Source of the DNA: Macrostomum lignano
Taxonomy: Eukaryota
Reading direction: 5' to 3'
DNA length: 64,000 nt
Assembly (NCBI GenBank): GCA_002269645.1
Contig: NIVC01000119.1
Coordinates: 111,323-175,322 of the forward strand
A program made the position numbers and the translations under genes. Below are positions 39,152-52,260 of the stretch, piece after piece. Below the pieces are notes generated by a model. That model searched no databases, was not told the DNA's origin, and worked only from the letters and a program-made list of their open reading frames with translations. Within the stretch, counting starts at the first letter, position 1; every line of letters begins with the position of its first letter.

Positions 39152-40768
39152 TCACTGCTGCTCGCTGAAAGCAAAGTTGCAGACATAGATCGGCGACGGA
39201 GGCGGCTGCGGCTCCAGGGGTGACTGCTGCTGCGAACTCGCTGATGCTGGCAGCTGCTGGTAGCTGGACAGCCGGCCAGCGGCCTGACTGCAGCGAGCCC
39301 GGAGTGGCGACCGGAGCAGCTCGCCAGCTTCCACGCCGAAATGGTCCGCATTCGGCGACGCAATGGTGATGCCGCCAGACATCCCGCCGCGATGCCTCGG
39401 ACGCAGTGGGAGTAGACGCAGTTGCTTCTGGCGACGTTCCAGACGTTGCCGGTCAAGATTTGGTCGGCCATTGTGGTGCCATTGCGAGCCGGCAGTCATC
39501 ACAGCTGTGTTCGCCGCCCCTCCGTCTGAATCGCCTCCAACACCTCGACGGCAGCTTCTGTAGCATCTTCGACAGCGTCGCCGACATCGAGGGCAGTTCA
39601 ACAGTTTGATGAAAGCTCGACGAAAGTCGCGCATCGAGTGGGCGTAGATGCCCGGGTTGATGGAGCTGTTGATGTAGCCAAGCCATGTCACTATGGTCAT
39701 CACCTTGGCCGCGTGGTCGCCCAGTGCTTCGCTGTTGATCGCCAGCACAATGTTGCAGATGAAGAACGGCAGCCAGCAGGCGATGAAGATGCCCATCACG
39801 ATGCCGAGCGTTTTCGCTGCTCTCTGCTCCCGGGAGAACCTGGCCAGCTTCTTGCGGACTCCGAGGCTGCGAAACCGACGCGCAATGCCGCCAACTGTGC
39901 TTTTCGGCTGTTGCGACGGTCCCGCCGCCGTCTCCGACTGCGTCACCTCTTGACGACCGCGATGAATTCGCAGCACCACTGTGCCGCCGCCGCCGCTGCC
40001 TCCGCTGCCGGGGCTGCGGCCGTTGCCAGCGGAGGTCGGCATGCCGTGGCAATGCAGCACTTTGGCGCCAGCCTGCCAACTGCGAACCAGCTGAGTAGCC
40101 GTGCGGTAGATTTTGCAATAGACAAACACCATCACTAGTAGGGGGGCGTAGAATGAGACCAGGCTAGAGCAGATCAAGTACACTGGATCGCCCGTGAAGC
40201 TGCAGACGTGACGCGGCGATGGTGGGCTAGTTGCCCGCCACCAAGCGATGGCCGGGAAACTGATGCAGCAGGAGCAGATCCAGACCGCTGACACCAGCAG
40301 CAGGCAGCGACGCTTAGTAACCCGGCTGGGATAACTGATGGGATTTTCTATCGCCCAGTAGCGCTCCACAGCTATCATGCACAGGTTGAGGATACTGGCT
40401 GTCGTGCTCAGTACGTCGAACGCGTGCCAGAGGTCGCACCAGATCGGGCCGAACAGCCAGTGCTCCCTAGTGACGTAGGAGATGACAGAGAACGGCATGA
40501 CAACCAAGCCCATGAGTAGGTCGGCTAACGCCAAAGACACGATGAAGTAATTAGTGATAGTTCGCAGGTAGTGCTCGCGGATGACGGCTAGAATGACTAG
40601 CGAGTTGCCGAACACGGTGACAGTAACGAACAGGCAGAGGAAACAGCCGATTAGTGCGTCAATAACTCGGATTTCTACAATTTCCGTTTCCTCAGGATTA
40701 GTGAAGTTATCGTTGGTTACGGCTAGCATTGTAGTGGTAGACAGCACTACTAGTTGGTGGCCGCTCAT
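39152..40768 (-). CDS. Dop1R2: Intronless class A aminergic GPCR, invertebrate D1-like dopamine receptor (Dop1R2/INDR/DAMB type), 538 aa
   Basis: 7 TM segments; TM3 WCDLWHAFDVLSTTASILNLC with Asp3.32; ISFPAIAWWRA; TM5 SSLVSFY; end-ICL2..ICL3 LRIHRG motif; AAKTLGIVMGIFIACWLPFF; LGYINSSINPGIY. These match Drosophila Dop1R2 hallmarks as recalled. Confidence 0.85.
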   Translation of the reverse strand: MSGHQLVVLSTTTMLAVTNDNFTNPEETEIVEIRVIDALIGCFLCLFVTVTVFGNSLVILAVIREHYLRTITNYFIVSLALADLLMGLVVMPFSVISYVTREHWLFGPIWCDLWHAFDVLSTTASILNLCMIAVERYWAIENPISYPSRVTKRRCLLLVSAVWICSCCISFPAIAWWRATSPPSPRHVCSFTGDPVYLICSSLVSFYAPLLVMVFVYCKIYRTATQLVRSWQAGAKVLHCHGMPTSAGNGRSPGSGGSGGGGTVVLRIHRGRQEVTQSETAAGPSQQPKSTVGGIARRFRSLGVRKKLARFSREQRAAKTLGIVMGIFIACWLPFFICNIVLAINSEALGDHAAKVMTIVTWLGYINSSINPGIYAHSMRDFRRAFIKLLNCPRCRRRCRRCYRSCRRGVGGDSDGGAANTAVMTAGSQWHHNGRPNLDRQRLERRQKQLRLLPLRPRHRGGMSGGITIASPNADHFGVEAGELLRSPLRARCSQAAGRLSSYQQLPASASSQQQSPLEPQPPPSPIYVCNFAFSEQQ

Positions 40769-42418
40769 GTTGTCAAAAAGTGTTGGCTAACTAAATTGAC
40801 TGGGAATCTAGCTAGGGTCTATCAGCTTTCCAATAACTTTCGCTTGCCCCGATGTTAAACCGAGGAGCGGACTTTTTGGGTCTTAAATGATTCACGATTC
40901 GGCAAAATCCCAACCAGCCAATCAGAGACGCGCGTCACACTTGGCCTTGGCAACCAACAGGAGAACTTGCTGGCTAATTGAGCCTCGGAAAAGTGAGCGA
41001 TCGGACACTGCAGGACAGCTAGCTGTGTTGAGTTTACTGCTTGACAGACTTGACAGATGATGCTGTGCACCGTGTGGTTTCACTTGTCACACCTGCCTCC
41101 GCCTGTGAGGGAAAGAGATCCAGAAATCTAACTGAAGCCGCTGGCAGATTGATGCCGGAGAACTAACAACTTGTAACCTAAGGTTTTTCTCCTTTATCCA
41201 GATTTATGCAGAAATCTGTGTGTATCTTCTCTCAGGCAACGTGCAGTTTTTTCCGTTATAGCCAATAATTTCTTTCCAAATGTTCTGATCCAGTTGCGTC
41301 TGTGTGGATCAAAGTAACTTTGACAGAATCTCGCCCATGCATAATCAGTTTATCCGCGTTTCGTTTTGTGTCTCTTTAACGAGACATCGCTGACTTTTTT
41401 AGCCGGCGAGTCTCCTAATTTGATATGCTGTTTAAAATTCTTAGCACAGATTCTCGTGACGAAAGCAACTCAAGAGGAGACTTTGCTGAAGCGTGGATGT
41501 GTCATCATGTAAATGCAACCAGATGGGACACAGTCTCTTCAAAGTTTGCCTGTCAATACGTGTCAAATTTTCAAACTGACGGCTACGCTCGCAAGCTCTT
41601 GTAGAGGATTGTGTAGCCTTTTATTTACTGTAAAATACCCCCTGTTTAAACAGTGAAGCGCACAAAGATAACCTCATGTTTTTGTAGCTAAATTCTGTTT
41701 CCATAGGGAGCAGTTAACGGGTAGTTTCAAGCCAAACTAATCTTGTCCCATAGCACCATATAGCAACGTAGCAATCAAAATCAAATCGTAAACGAAAAAA
41801 CAAGGCAAAAGTAAAGAGTTCAGTAAGTGCTCAGTTTAAACAAAGGTTAGAAATTTCCCCACATCGTGGAGAAAGAAAAAAGTGTAAGTAAAAATCAATT
41901 TGTAAATTTATATTTATCAGCAACAGATATCTGTTTGAGACGGAGTAAATCATAACTCACAAACAGTACAAACTGAAATTTTGTACTCTTTGACACAAGT
42001 TATCGTGTTAAAAAGTTTAAAAAACTCACTTTAACTTTTTTCAGGCTAAAAAGCGACTGATAAGTATCAAATAATTTAGCTTCGATTCTCTAACAGGGTT
42101 TCACACACATAAAATTTGCCAAATTCGTTCATACAGTTAAAACAAAGTACAGGTGGTGTCATTTTCAGGAAAAGAAGCATAAGTCTTAATCCTAACTAAT
42201 TGATGCTGTTTTTAACATAATGCTTCAACTTGTTTTTAAACTTAACGACAAAAATTGGTCGCTAGAAACACCGGAACATTCTTAGAAATAATTTTTGCAA
42301 TTAACTATATTATTTCGGAACAACACCTGCACTTTCAATCCCAGACATATGTTTCTGAAAAAAAGCATTTAAATTGTATTAGTATAAAGCCTTTAATTGT
42401 CAATGGCTTTCTTTAGTT

Positions 42419-42711
42419 TTAGTCCGTGTTAAGAATGAGACAGACGCCCTGCAGCACCCAGTGGCTGGAGTGCTCAGAGGTTGCCAAATCGGCCTCAAAC
42501 ACCAGACCGACGCCCATTGCGTTGCGACGCTGCGAGGTGACGTACACTGGCGTCCGGAATGTATTCTGCAGCTTCAACCGGTGCGCCTCGATCGGGATGA
42601 CCTTGAGCACTGGCAGCTGGGTGATCAACTGCTTTGGTCGTTGCTTGATCAGGTGACCGTTCTCAATATCCCAGTCAGCGCCCTCCAGGTACAAGCCAGA
42701 GACAAAGCAGC
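42419..42711 (-). CDS. DNAH10: DNAH10 last exon
   Basis: TTTTTAG acceptor, phase 1; GCFVSGLYLEGADWD..HWVLQGVCLILNTD*. Confidence 0.92.
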
Positions 42712-42859
42712 CTAAAAAGGCGCCAAAAATGTTTCTAGCAAAATTGACACGGACAAAGATGTTTGCTATTAATCTCCTTTTTCTAAAAGTAGCAAAGGAC
42801 ACAACAAAATAAAGCCCTCACAAATATAACAGGCATTGACTCTAAGTAAGTAAGCACCC

Positions 42860-43990
42860 GCAGATAGCAAGCATCCCCCAGAGAGCAAGCATCCCTAAAT
42901 AGCAAGCATCCCTAAATAGCAAGCATCCCTAAATAGCAAGCATCCCTAAATAGCAAGCATCCCCCAGATAGCAAGCATCCCCCAGATAGCAAGCATCCCC
43001 CAGATAGCAAGCATCCCCCAGATAGCAAGCATCCCTAAATAGCAAGCATCCCCCAGATAGCAAGCATCCACCCAGATAGCAAGCATCCCCCAGATAGCAA
43101 GCATCCACCCAGATAGCAAGAACCCCCCAGATAGCAAGCATCCCCCAGATAGCAAGCATCCACCCAGATAGCAAGCATCCACCCAGATAGCAAGCATCCA
43201 CCCAGATAGCAAGCATCCACCCAGATAGCAAGCATCCCCCAGATAGCAAGCATCCACCCAGATAGCAAGCATCCACCCAGATAGCAAGCATCCACCCAGA
43301 TAGTAAGCATCCACCCAGATAGCAAGCATCCACCCAGATAGCAAGCATCCCCCAGATAGCAAGCATCCCCCAGATAGCTAGCATCCCCCCCCCAGATAGC
43401 AAGAACCCCCCAGATAGCAAGCATCCCCCAGATAGCAAGCATCCCCCAGATAGCAAGCATCCACCCAGATAGCAAGCATCCCCCAGATAGCAAGCACCCC
43501 CCAGATAGCAAGCATCCCTAAATAGAAAGCATCTCCCAGATAGCAAGCACCCCCAGATAGCAAGCATCCCTAAATAGAAAGCATCTCCCAGATAGCAAGC
43601 ATCCCCCAGATAGCAAGCATCTCCCAGATAGCAAGCATCCCCCCGATAGCAAGCACCCCCCAGATAGCAAGCATCCCTAAATAGAAAGCATCTCCCAGAT
43701 AGCAAGCACCCCCCAGATAGCAAGCATCCCTAAATAGAAAGCATCTCCCAGATAGCAAGCACCCCCCAGATAGCAAGCATCCCCCAGATAGCAAGCATCC
43801 CCCAGATAGCAAACATCCCCAGATAGCAAACATCCCCCAGATAGCAAGCATCCCCCAGATAGCAAGCATCTCCCAGATAGCAAGCATCCCCAGATAGCAA
43901 GCATCCCCCAGATAGCAAGCATCCCTGGATAGAAAGAATCCTTAGATAGCTAGCACTCCCCTCAAAAAGCAAGTACCCCCCCCCCAGATA
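42860..43990. repeat. ~18-bp minisatellite (CCCCCAGATAGCAAGCAT) in DNAH10 last intron
   Basis: Reverse complement of the family at 9648-10478. Confidence 0.95.
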
Positions 43991-44009
43991 TAGCTAGAAT
44001 CCCCCCGAT

Positions 44010-44185
44010 AACAAGCGCGCGGATACGTACGCAGTCATGCGCACAGGCAAACACTCACACAGGAGTGTTACGGCGGCTCTATTAACTTTATTTATCGTTA
44101 AAAGCATGTACACTTCACTGTGCTTTGGGGGTTGGCCGTCAATGGCGTTAATTGCACGAGCAGAGCCAAGCCCAGCTTCGAATTT
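44010..44185 (-). mobile_element. Partial copy of the SINE body found at 45578-45736
   Basis: The reverse complement matches GGCTTGGCTCTGCTCGTGCAATTAAC..GCGCGCTTGT. Confidence 0.65.
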
Positions 44186-45184
44186 GACCATCCAATTTTT
44201 GCAATTTAAGAAATCAGTTTTTGTATCATTAGAAAATGATTCGATCAAATTTGCCGCTGACCCCACTATGGACGTCTCCGCCCGCAGAAACGAGCGATCA
44301 ACCCCCACCCCCCATGAATCGCCCCCGCTAAAAAATCTATTGCTGAGCTGACGGTGTACTGTTCTAAAAAATATTAATTCGCTAATCTTCGCCATTTCCC
44401 AAATTGCTTCGCTGAAGCAGCAGCAGCAGCAGGTCTTACAGAATAAAAAAACTGATGGAGAAAAGTGAAGGAAAGCGCGAGGCCAGAGGGATAAAACCCG
44501 AGAGAAACTTGGCTGTCATCAAGATGTACTTTTCTAAAGAGTCTGTCTCTGCCGCCTCGTCGGTGCCTGATGCTGATTGATAGAATTGATAAGAAATTAT
44601 CAAGCAAGCCATCAAAATTGCTAAACCACTTGTTCTCGCTATAACGACTCAGTGGGGAAAAGAAGATAGATTTTTGTTATAAAAATGGTTTTGCTTCTTG
44701 GAAAATACCTCGTTTCATTTGATTTGTTTTAATAATCAGATTTGCTGGCAGAATTAATAAATTTTCAATTTGGATTCATCAAATTTTGAGATAATAACTG
44801 TCTATTGCTTTGTAAGAAAGAGAATGTTGAGATTCTATTATGACAATTTTTATCATTTCTGACTCCCCCCATTCTATCTGCTATCCATCCTTCGAAGGCG
44901 GCACGCGACTGCCGTTTGAAAATTGACCAGATAATCCGGCTCTTTCATGTCTGGACAGAACGTGTTCAAAGAAGGATAAAGGATAAAGTAGCCCTTTGTT
45001 CGCAAAAAGTGTCTGTTCTTCAAAGAAATCTTTTAAGCTCTCTCTGTTTTTTGAGTCCCGACAGCAAGTGGCTAGTAAGTCTTTAACGCTTCGATAAGTA
45101 ATAAAACTGGGAATTAAATTCCTTTCTATGAAAAGCAGCTTAAATTTTAATTTAAAAGAGTGAAAAAAATTTAATAAAGCAGAG

Positions 45185-45460
45185 CGGTGATGGGGGCGGT
45201 GATGGGGGGCGGTGATGGGGGGCGGTGATGGGGCGGTGATGGGGCGGTGATGGGGCGGTGATGGGGCGGTGATGGGGGGCGGTGATGGGGGGCGGTGATG
45301 GGGCGGTGATGGGGCGGTGATGGAGGCGGTGATGGAGGCGGTGATGGCCGGGCGGTGATGGGGGCGGTGATGGGGCGGTGATGGGGGCGGTGATGGGGCG
45401 GTGATGGGGCGGTGATAGGGGCGGTGATGGAGCGGTGATGGGGCGGTTATATGGGTGGTG
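45185..45460. repeat. G-rich 11-13-bp repeat (GGCGGTGATGG(G))
   Basis: Direct reading. Confidence 0.93.
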
Positions 45461-45476
45461 ATAGGGGGGCTGCAGC

Positions 45477-45857
45477 GGGGGCCGTAGCCCAGCGGTAGCG
45501 CAGCTGCTCTGGTGTGCCAGCGACCCAGGCTCTATTCCAAGTGCAGTCACATTAATTTGGGGCTGAATTGGAATCCCGGCTTGGCTCTGCTCGTGCAATT
45601 AACGGCCTTGAGAGCCAACCCCCCAAGGCGCAGTGAAGTGTACATGCCTAACGATAATATAAAGTTAGGGCCGCTGTACACTCCTGTGTGAGTGTGTGCC
45701 TGTGCGTATGACTGCGTACATATCCGCGCGCTTGTGTGCCTGCTCAGGGGAGTCGGCGGAATGGGCAGTAATGCCTCTCGCCGGTTGTGTGACAATGTCA
45801 CTTAAATTGCACCAGGGTGCACACAACCCCCCTGCCTCTAATAAAAAAACAAAAAAA
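45477..45857 (+). mobile_element. tRNA-derived SINE, apparently full length (~380 bp)
   Basis: A box TAGCCCAGCGG (45485), B-box-like GGCTCTATTCC (45528), body shared with 44010-44185, 3' module shared with 34205-34270 and 8041-8090, A-rich tail AATAAAAAAACAAAAAAA. Confidence 0.65.
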
Positions 45858-45942
45858 TGGGCAGTGATGGGAACTGTCTTGGAGTGCTACTTGGCACTCA
45901 TTGTTTAAACCACCAACATACACACCATACGGATGTACAAAC

Positions 45943-46343
45943 CTTGGTGCGCCTTCTCATTGACATCTTCGTCCCGAGCCCACTGGGTGACGGTGGTGTA
46001 CAGAGTGGACTTGTCCAGCGGCCAGCCGTTCTTCCTGCAGGTGGCCTGCACCAGCGCGGTGAGGTAGGACTCCGGGATGTGCAGACCCGACAGCCACATC
46101 ACTCTCGGCTCCTCCTCGTTCACCCATTGACTGTACTGTTGATAGCGCTTCTCGAAGTGATTCATCCAGTTCGCCAACGACTTCAAGGTCGCCGGGGCGA
46201 GCTTTCGCCAGATCTCGGGCAGCTGGCCGTTGAACAGGCACTTGGCGACATCGTCCAGTTCCGCTGACATGCCGACCTCACCAGCCAGGGCTCGTTGGAG
46301 CGTCGTCAGCGAGCGGCGCATTCGGTTGATAAGCAAGTTGAAT
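45943..46343 (-). CDS. DNAH10: DNAH10 exon (C-terminal domain)
   Basis: CCTCCCAG acceptor, GTTTGT donor, phase 2/1; WLSGLHIPESYLTALVQ. Confidence 0.92.
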
Positions 46344-46370
46344 CTGGGAGGAATGAGGATGTATTTGGGT

Positions 46371-47015
46371 GTTCTGTAATCTGCTGTAATGTTCTGTAAT
46401 CTGCTGTAGTGTTCTGTAATCTGCTGTAGTGTTCTGTAATCTGCTGTAATGTTCTGTAACCTGTTGTAGTGTTCTGTAATCTGCTGTAGTGTTCTGTAAT
46501 CTGCCGTAATGTTCTGTATTCTGCTGTAGTGTTCTGTATTCTGCTGTAGTGTTCTGTAACCTGCTGTAATGTTCTGTAATCTGCTGTAATGTTCTGTAAT
46601 CTGCTGTAGTGTTCTGTAATCTGCTGTAGTGTTCTGTAATCTGCTGTAATGTTCTGTAACCTGTTGTAGTGTTCTGTAATCTGCTGTAGTGTTCTGTAAT
46701 CTGCTGTAATGTTCTGTATTCTGCTGTAGTGTTCTGTATTCTGCTGTAGTGTTCTGTAACCTGCTGTAGTGTTCTGTAATCTGCTGTAGTGTTCTGTATT
46801 CTGCTGTAGTGTTCTGTAACCTGCTGTAGTGTTCTGTAATCTGCTGTAGTGTTCTGTAATCTGCTGTAGTGTTCTGTAACCTGCTGTAGTGTTCTGTAAT
46901 CTGCTGTAGTGTTCTGTATTCTGCTGTAGTGTTCTGTAACCTGCTGTAGTGTTCTGTAATCTGCTGTAGTGTTCTGTAATCTGCTGTAGTGTTCTGTAGT
47001 CTGCTGTAATGTTCA
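46371..47015. repeat. 20-bp minisatellite (GTTCTGTAATCTGCTGTAGT)
   Basis: Direct reading. Confidence 0.96.
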
Positions 47016-47437
47016 GTTTTACACTGTAAAGTTATATACTTTTATGCTTTCTTCTATTACTGCAAATGTTTTTAATTACTCTTTAATTGCATGAATCAGT
47101 TCGTATCGAAATTTGAACAAACAAAAATTAGCAATAGAATTTTTTGAGGTGGGGGGCAAATTTCCGACAAAATTATTCTTAAGCTGAAACGTGCCGAACC
47201 CCATCTACGTTGTCTTTTTTCTTACAATCATTATCTTTGTTAGCCTGTTTTATACGCATATTGCGATTTCAACTGACAAAAAATATCTGAGGTCATTACG
47301 AGCTAAGGATCTGTTTAACTTTTCAGTTTTTTAATTGCATGATGACTAATTTATAATCGAAAAAAATGACTCATTAAAATCTTAAACCCGATGGGCAGAG
47401 TTGAACTGGGTTCGTTTTGCCTATTCGAAGGAAAAAT

Positions 47438-48412
47438 CTACTGACAGTCTACTGACAGACTACTGACAGTCTACTGACAGTCTACTGACAGTCTACTGAC
47501 AGGCTACTGACAGTCTACTGACAGGCTACTGACAGACTACTGACAGTCTACTGACAGTCTACTGACAGACTACTGACAGGCTACTGACAGTCTACTGACA
47601 GGCTACTGACAGGCTACTGACAGACTACTGACAGTCTACTGACAGTCTACTGACAGGCTACTGACAGACTACTGACAGGCTACTGACAGTCTACTGACAG
47701 GCTACTGACAGACTACTGACAGACTACTGACAGTCTACTGACAGTCTACTGACAGGCTACTGACAGTCTACTGACAGGCTACTGACAGGCTACTGACAGT
47801 CTACTGACAGGCTACTGACAGTCTACTGACAGACTACTGACAGTCTACTGACAGGCTACTGACAGTCTACTGACAGTCTACTGACAGGCTACTGACAGTC
47901 TACTGACAGGCTACTGACAGTCTACTGACAGGCTACTGACAGTCTACTGACAGGCTACTGACAGACTACTGACAGTCTACTGACAGTCTACTGACAGGCT
48001 ACTGACAGTCTACTGACAGGCTACTGACAGGCTACTGACAGTCTACTGACAGGCTACTGACAGTCTACTGACAGGCTACTGACAGTCTACTGACAGGCTA
48101 CTGACAGACTACTGACAGTCTACTGACAGTCTACTGACAGTCTACTGACAGACTACTGACAGTCTACTGACAGGCTACTGACAGGCTACTGACAGGCTAC
48201 TGACAGTCTACTGACAGGCTACTGACAGACTACTGACAGTCTACTGACAGGCTACTGACAGGCTACTGACAGGCTACTGACAGTCTACTGACAGTCTACT
48301 GACAGGCTACTGACAGGCTACTGACAGTCTACTGACAGGCTACTGACAGTCTACTGACAGGCTACTGACAGTCTACTGACAGGCTACTGACAGGCTACTG
48401 ACAGTCTACTGA
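47438..48412. repeat. 11-bp minisatellite (CTACTGACAG[T/G/A])
   Basis: Direct reading. Confidence 0.97.
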
Positions 48413-48444
48413 CGGGCTCCTGACAGCAAAAATCGTGTACTCAC

Positions 48445-48908
48445 CTCTCCAGTTCCTGAAGCAGCACTACGGTTGTGGGGCCGATATCTAGGCCCAGAGC
48501 TTTGCGAATCTTCTCCAAGTCGAACTCCTCGTGCAGCCGTTTGAGAATGTCGCCGGCAACTCCACCGATGAACTCGTCGCGACTGATGCCGCCTGAGGCT
48601 TCGCCAGTCTGCGGCTGCAGCTCAATAAGCTTCGCCCACATGTCCTTGGCGGCGTTGGTGTAATACCCGATCTCGGCGTTCGGGTGCAGGCCGAACACCT
48701 CCGGGGTGTTGGTCAGCGGCAAGGTCTCGATGTAGTCGGTGTAGCTGTCCTTGGGCCCGTCCTCCGGGATGTGATAGTCAACCTCTTCGTTCACGTAGAA
48801 GTGGAACGGTTGGAACGTGTCGAAAATGAAGTCGCCAAAGTATTCGTCCATGTAGGTGTTGAGGACTCGACGATCGAAGTTATCGATTGCTCGGCCGCCG
48901 TACATCAC
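48445..48908 (-). CDS. DNAH10: DNAH10 exon (AAA6 / C-terminal)
   Basis: CTGTCAG acceptor, GTGAGT donor; VMYGGRAIDNFDRR..PEVFGLHPNAEI. Confidence 0.93.
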
Positions 48909-48952
48909 CTGACAGGTGCGTGGTAGGGTGCGGTTGGGTCTGCTGACGGACG

Positions 48953-49700
<748 letters not shown>

Positions 49701-50694
49701 GGTAAACAGAACCAGACGGGCATAAAGTGAAGCCGTGTTAAATTAATCGTTCGGGGAAAATCTTCCCTATAGCTATTCTAAAATTTGCGCTGGACAGATG
49801 AAGCGGAACGGAAGCAGCGCACACTTGTGGGAGCACTTCAAACTGGTAGCCTTTGCACAGTTGTTGCTGGCCTACAATATATTCCAGTGCCATCTAAAAA
49901 GCTTTGATTAGCAAATCCTTGTTGAAGTGAAGCAATGCAGGCAGGCAGGCAATCGGAGTCTTCGCCTTAATTTCGACAGAATATGGCTCCTTCGAACTAA
50001 AAGCTTTCCGGCACGCTTTTGCTGCTCCTAGCTTATGCTCTCGCTAATTTCTTCTTTTGCCCACCTGTTCGAGCTTTAACTAACTAACTAACTAGCTAGC
50101 TAGCTGGAAACCGCTGCATTACCTGCCTTCGCGAGGCAATATTTGCACCGGCTTTTTATTTATTTACAACTTCGTTTGGATCGCTGGTGGTGGTAACAAC
50201 AACCAAGAGAACGACATTACCGAGGCAAGCTTGTAGGGTTAAAAAGGTTTTGAAATATTATGTATGGCTTACGAAAGGCTTTGGGGTCATAGAAACTGTT
50301 TGTATTGCCTGGGGTGTACGATCTCTACCGCTGTTCCAGGTCGTCTCCTAGCGACTGTTCGGGACAGTTGGGACGAATGGGAAGAATTGTATCAATTGTC
50401 CTATATATCATGCTGGACAGTGGGGGGGGGAACATGCAGGTAATTCCATTCAGGATTTTAGGGTACATGCAGATTGCATATATATACACCAACCAGGCAC
50501 TCACCGCGATTAACCGTCCACTACTTTTATATTTCAACAATGTTTTTTATAAACAGCTGTGCAACACGTGACCTCCTCGTCCTCCTTGGAGTGTCAAGGA
50601 GGTTTTGAACCAAAATCTGGAGTAGCGACTCTTCGCTAAGAGGGTTTACATTTGAACTCAAAATCAAGCTCTAGGTGGAAACCAGCTCAGACAA

Positions 50695-50867
50695 GTAGAC
50701 AGACACTAAGACAGACACACTAAGACAGACAGACACTAAGACAGACAGACACTAAGACAGACAGACAGACAGACACTAAGACAGACAGACACTAAGACAG
50801 ACACACACTAAGACAGACACTAAGACAGACAGACACTAAGACAGACACTAAGACAGACAGACACTAG

Positions 50868-50935
<68 letters not shown>

Positions 50936-50939
50936 CTCT

Positions 50940-50971
<32 letters not shown>

Positions 50972-50995
50972 CACAGACACTAAGACAGACAGACG
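50695..50995. repeat. (GACA)n/CACTAAGA compound microsatellite
   Basis: Direct reading. Confidence 0.93.
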
Positions 50996-51890
50996 GAGTT
51001 AAGAAAATTCGGTTCGTATAATGTTGCAATAATTACCAAGTCCTAAAAATGAGTAGCTAAGTGAAAACCATTGCTCTCCAGATTTTGGCCCAGGGTCTCC
51101 TTAGCCAAGCGCAGATTTGTTCAGTGGAGGGCTGGCTGGGTGGCTGGGGGTCGCGAAATAAAGGGCAAACTGAAGCCCGAAGACACACGCGCAGCGACAG
51201 ACAGACGGGCAGACAAAAAGGGAGCTCCATAGAGAAGTTTAAAGAGGCTAGATGGGACGAGTTTTTTGTGTCTCTCGATCAACGGAAAGTCGTCGAAGGG
51301 GAAGGAAATTTACGGTTGTATTGCGCTCCGCACTAGCACTGTCGCGCTTCAGTTCAGTGATTTGCGTATTAAATTACGCTAGCTGGAACAGAGGAGCGCG
51401 GAGGATCTCAGGCAGCCTCGCAATCTACTCTCGCAATCGCCCCCCCGCCCATGGAAGATGATACGGTGGCGGCTGATCCGTGTGTAATTTTCTTTATTTT
51501 ATTCTGCTTTGACGTCCGTCCGTAGAATTTTCTGTATTGACAAGTGACGCTTAAAGGTATAGATAGGCTGCAATTAGGATCAAGGATCCTAATAAAGGCT
51601 CTAGATTTGAGAGTGAGAGCAAGGAGACTGACTATATCTATATATATAAACAGACTTTACTGTAATGCTTCCTTTGTTTTGCGCAGAAAAGCAGGTGATG
51701 ATAGCTACATGTAAAGTGCATGTCTGTCCTGACGGATGAAAGTATGACATAAAAGCTCTTTCCACTGGCTAAGCCCTTTTTCGATAGACGTGATAAGTAG
51801 TGAAAAAAGCACTTTTCGCTGTTGCCACGAAACTGCAACAAGTCTTGCCATCAAAATGGACTACAATTAGAAAATTAGAAAAGCTCTCAC

Positions 51891-52260
51891 CTCTCCAATC
51901 AGGTACTTAAGCGATCCCCAAGGAATCTTGGTGTCGCCAAGGTCGAAGGCTTTCACCAGGTAAGTGTTGAGAATCTGCATGCACACTTTGAAGTCGGACT
52001 CGTTGAAATCGTAGGCAATGTTCCAGCCGATTTTGCCGTACTTCCTTCGCTCCTGGACGACGGCATGGAAGAATGCTAGCGTGAACACCAGGGCGGGGAA
52101 CGAGGTGTGGGGGCAGTCCACCAGCTGCTGCGCGTGGATCTTGTGGTAGGTGCTGCGCAGATTCAGCTTCAGCCCGTTTGGCGGCTCCGTGACCACCTTC
52201 AACGAGCGTTGCAGGATGCCGATCGGGAATGCATCTGTTGGCTCGGTTGTCAGCCAGAGC
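51891..52260 (-). CDS. DNAH10: DNAH10 exon (AAA6)
   Basis: AATTTCAG acceptor, GTGAGA donor; [32 protein letters not shown]. Confidence 0.93.

Noticed and set aside
44010-45736. Single DNA transposon with 175-bp TIRs
   Set aside because: The right-hand arm is internal to a SINE with head and A-tail, and no TSD is present, so two independent insertions are more likely
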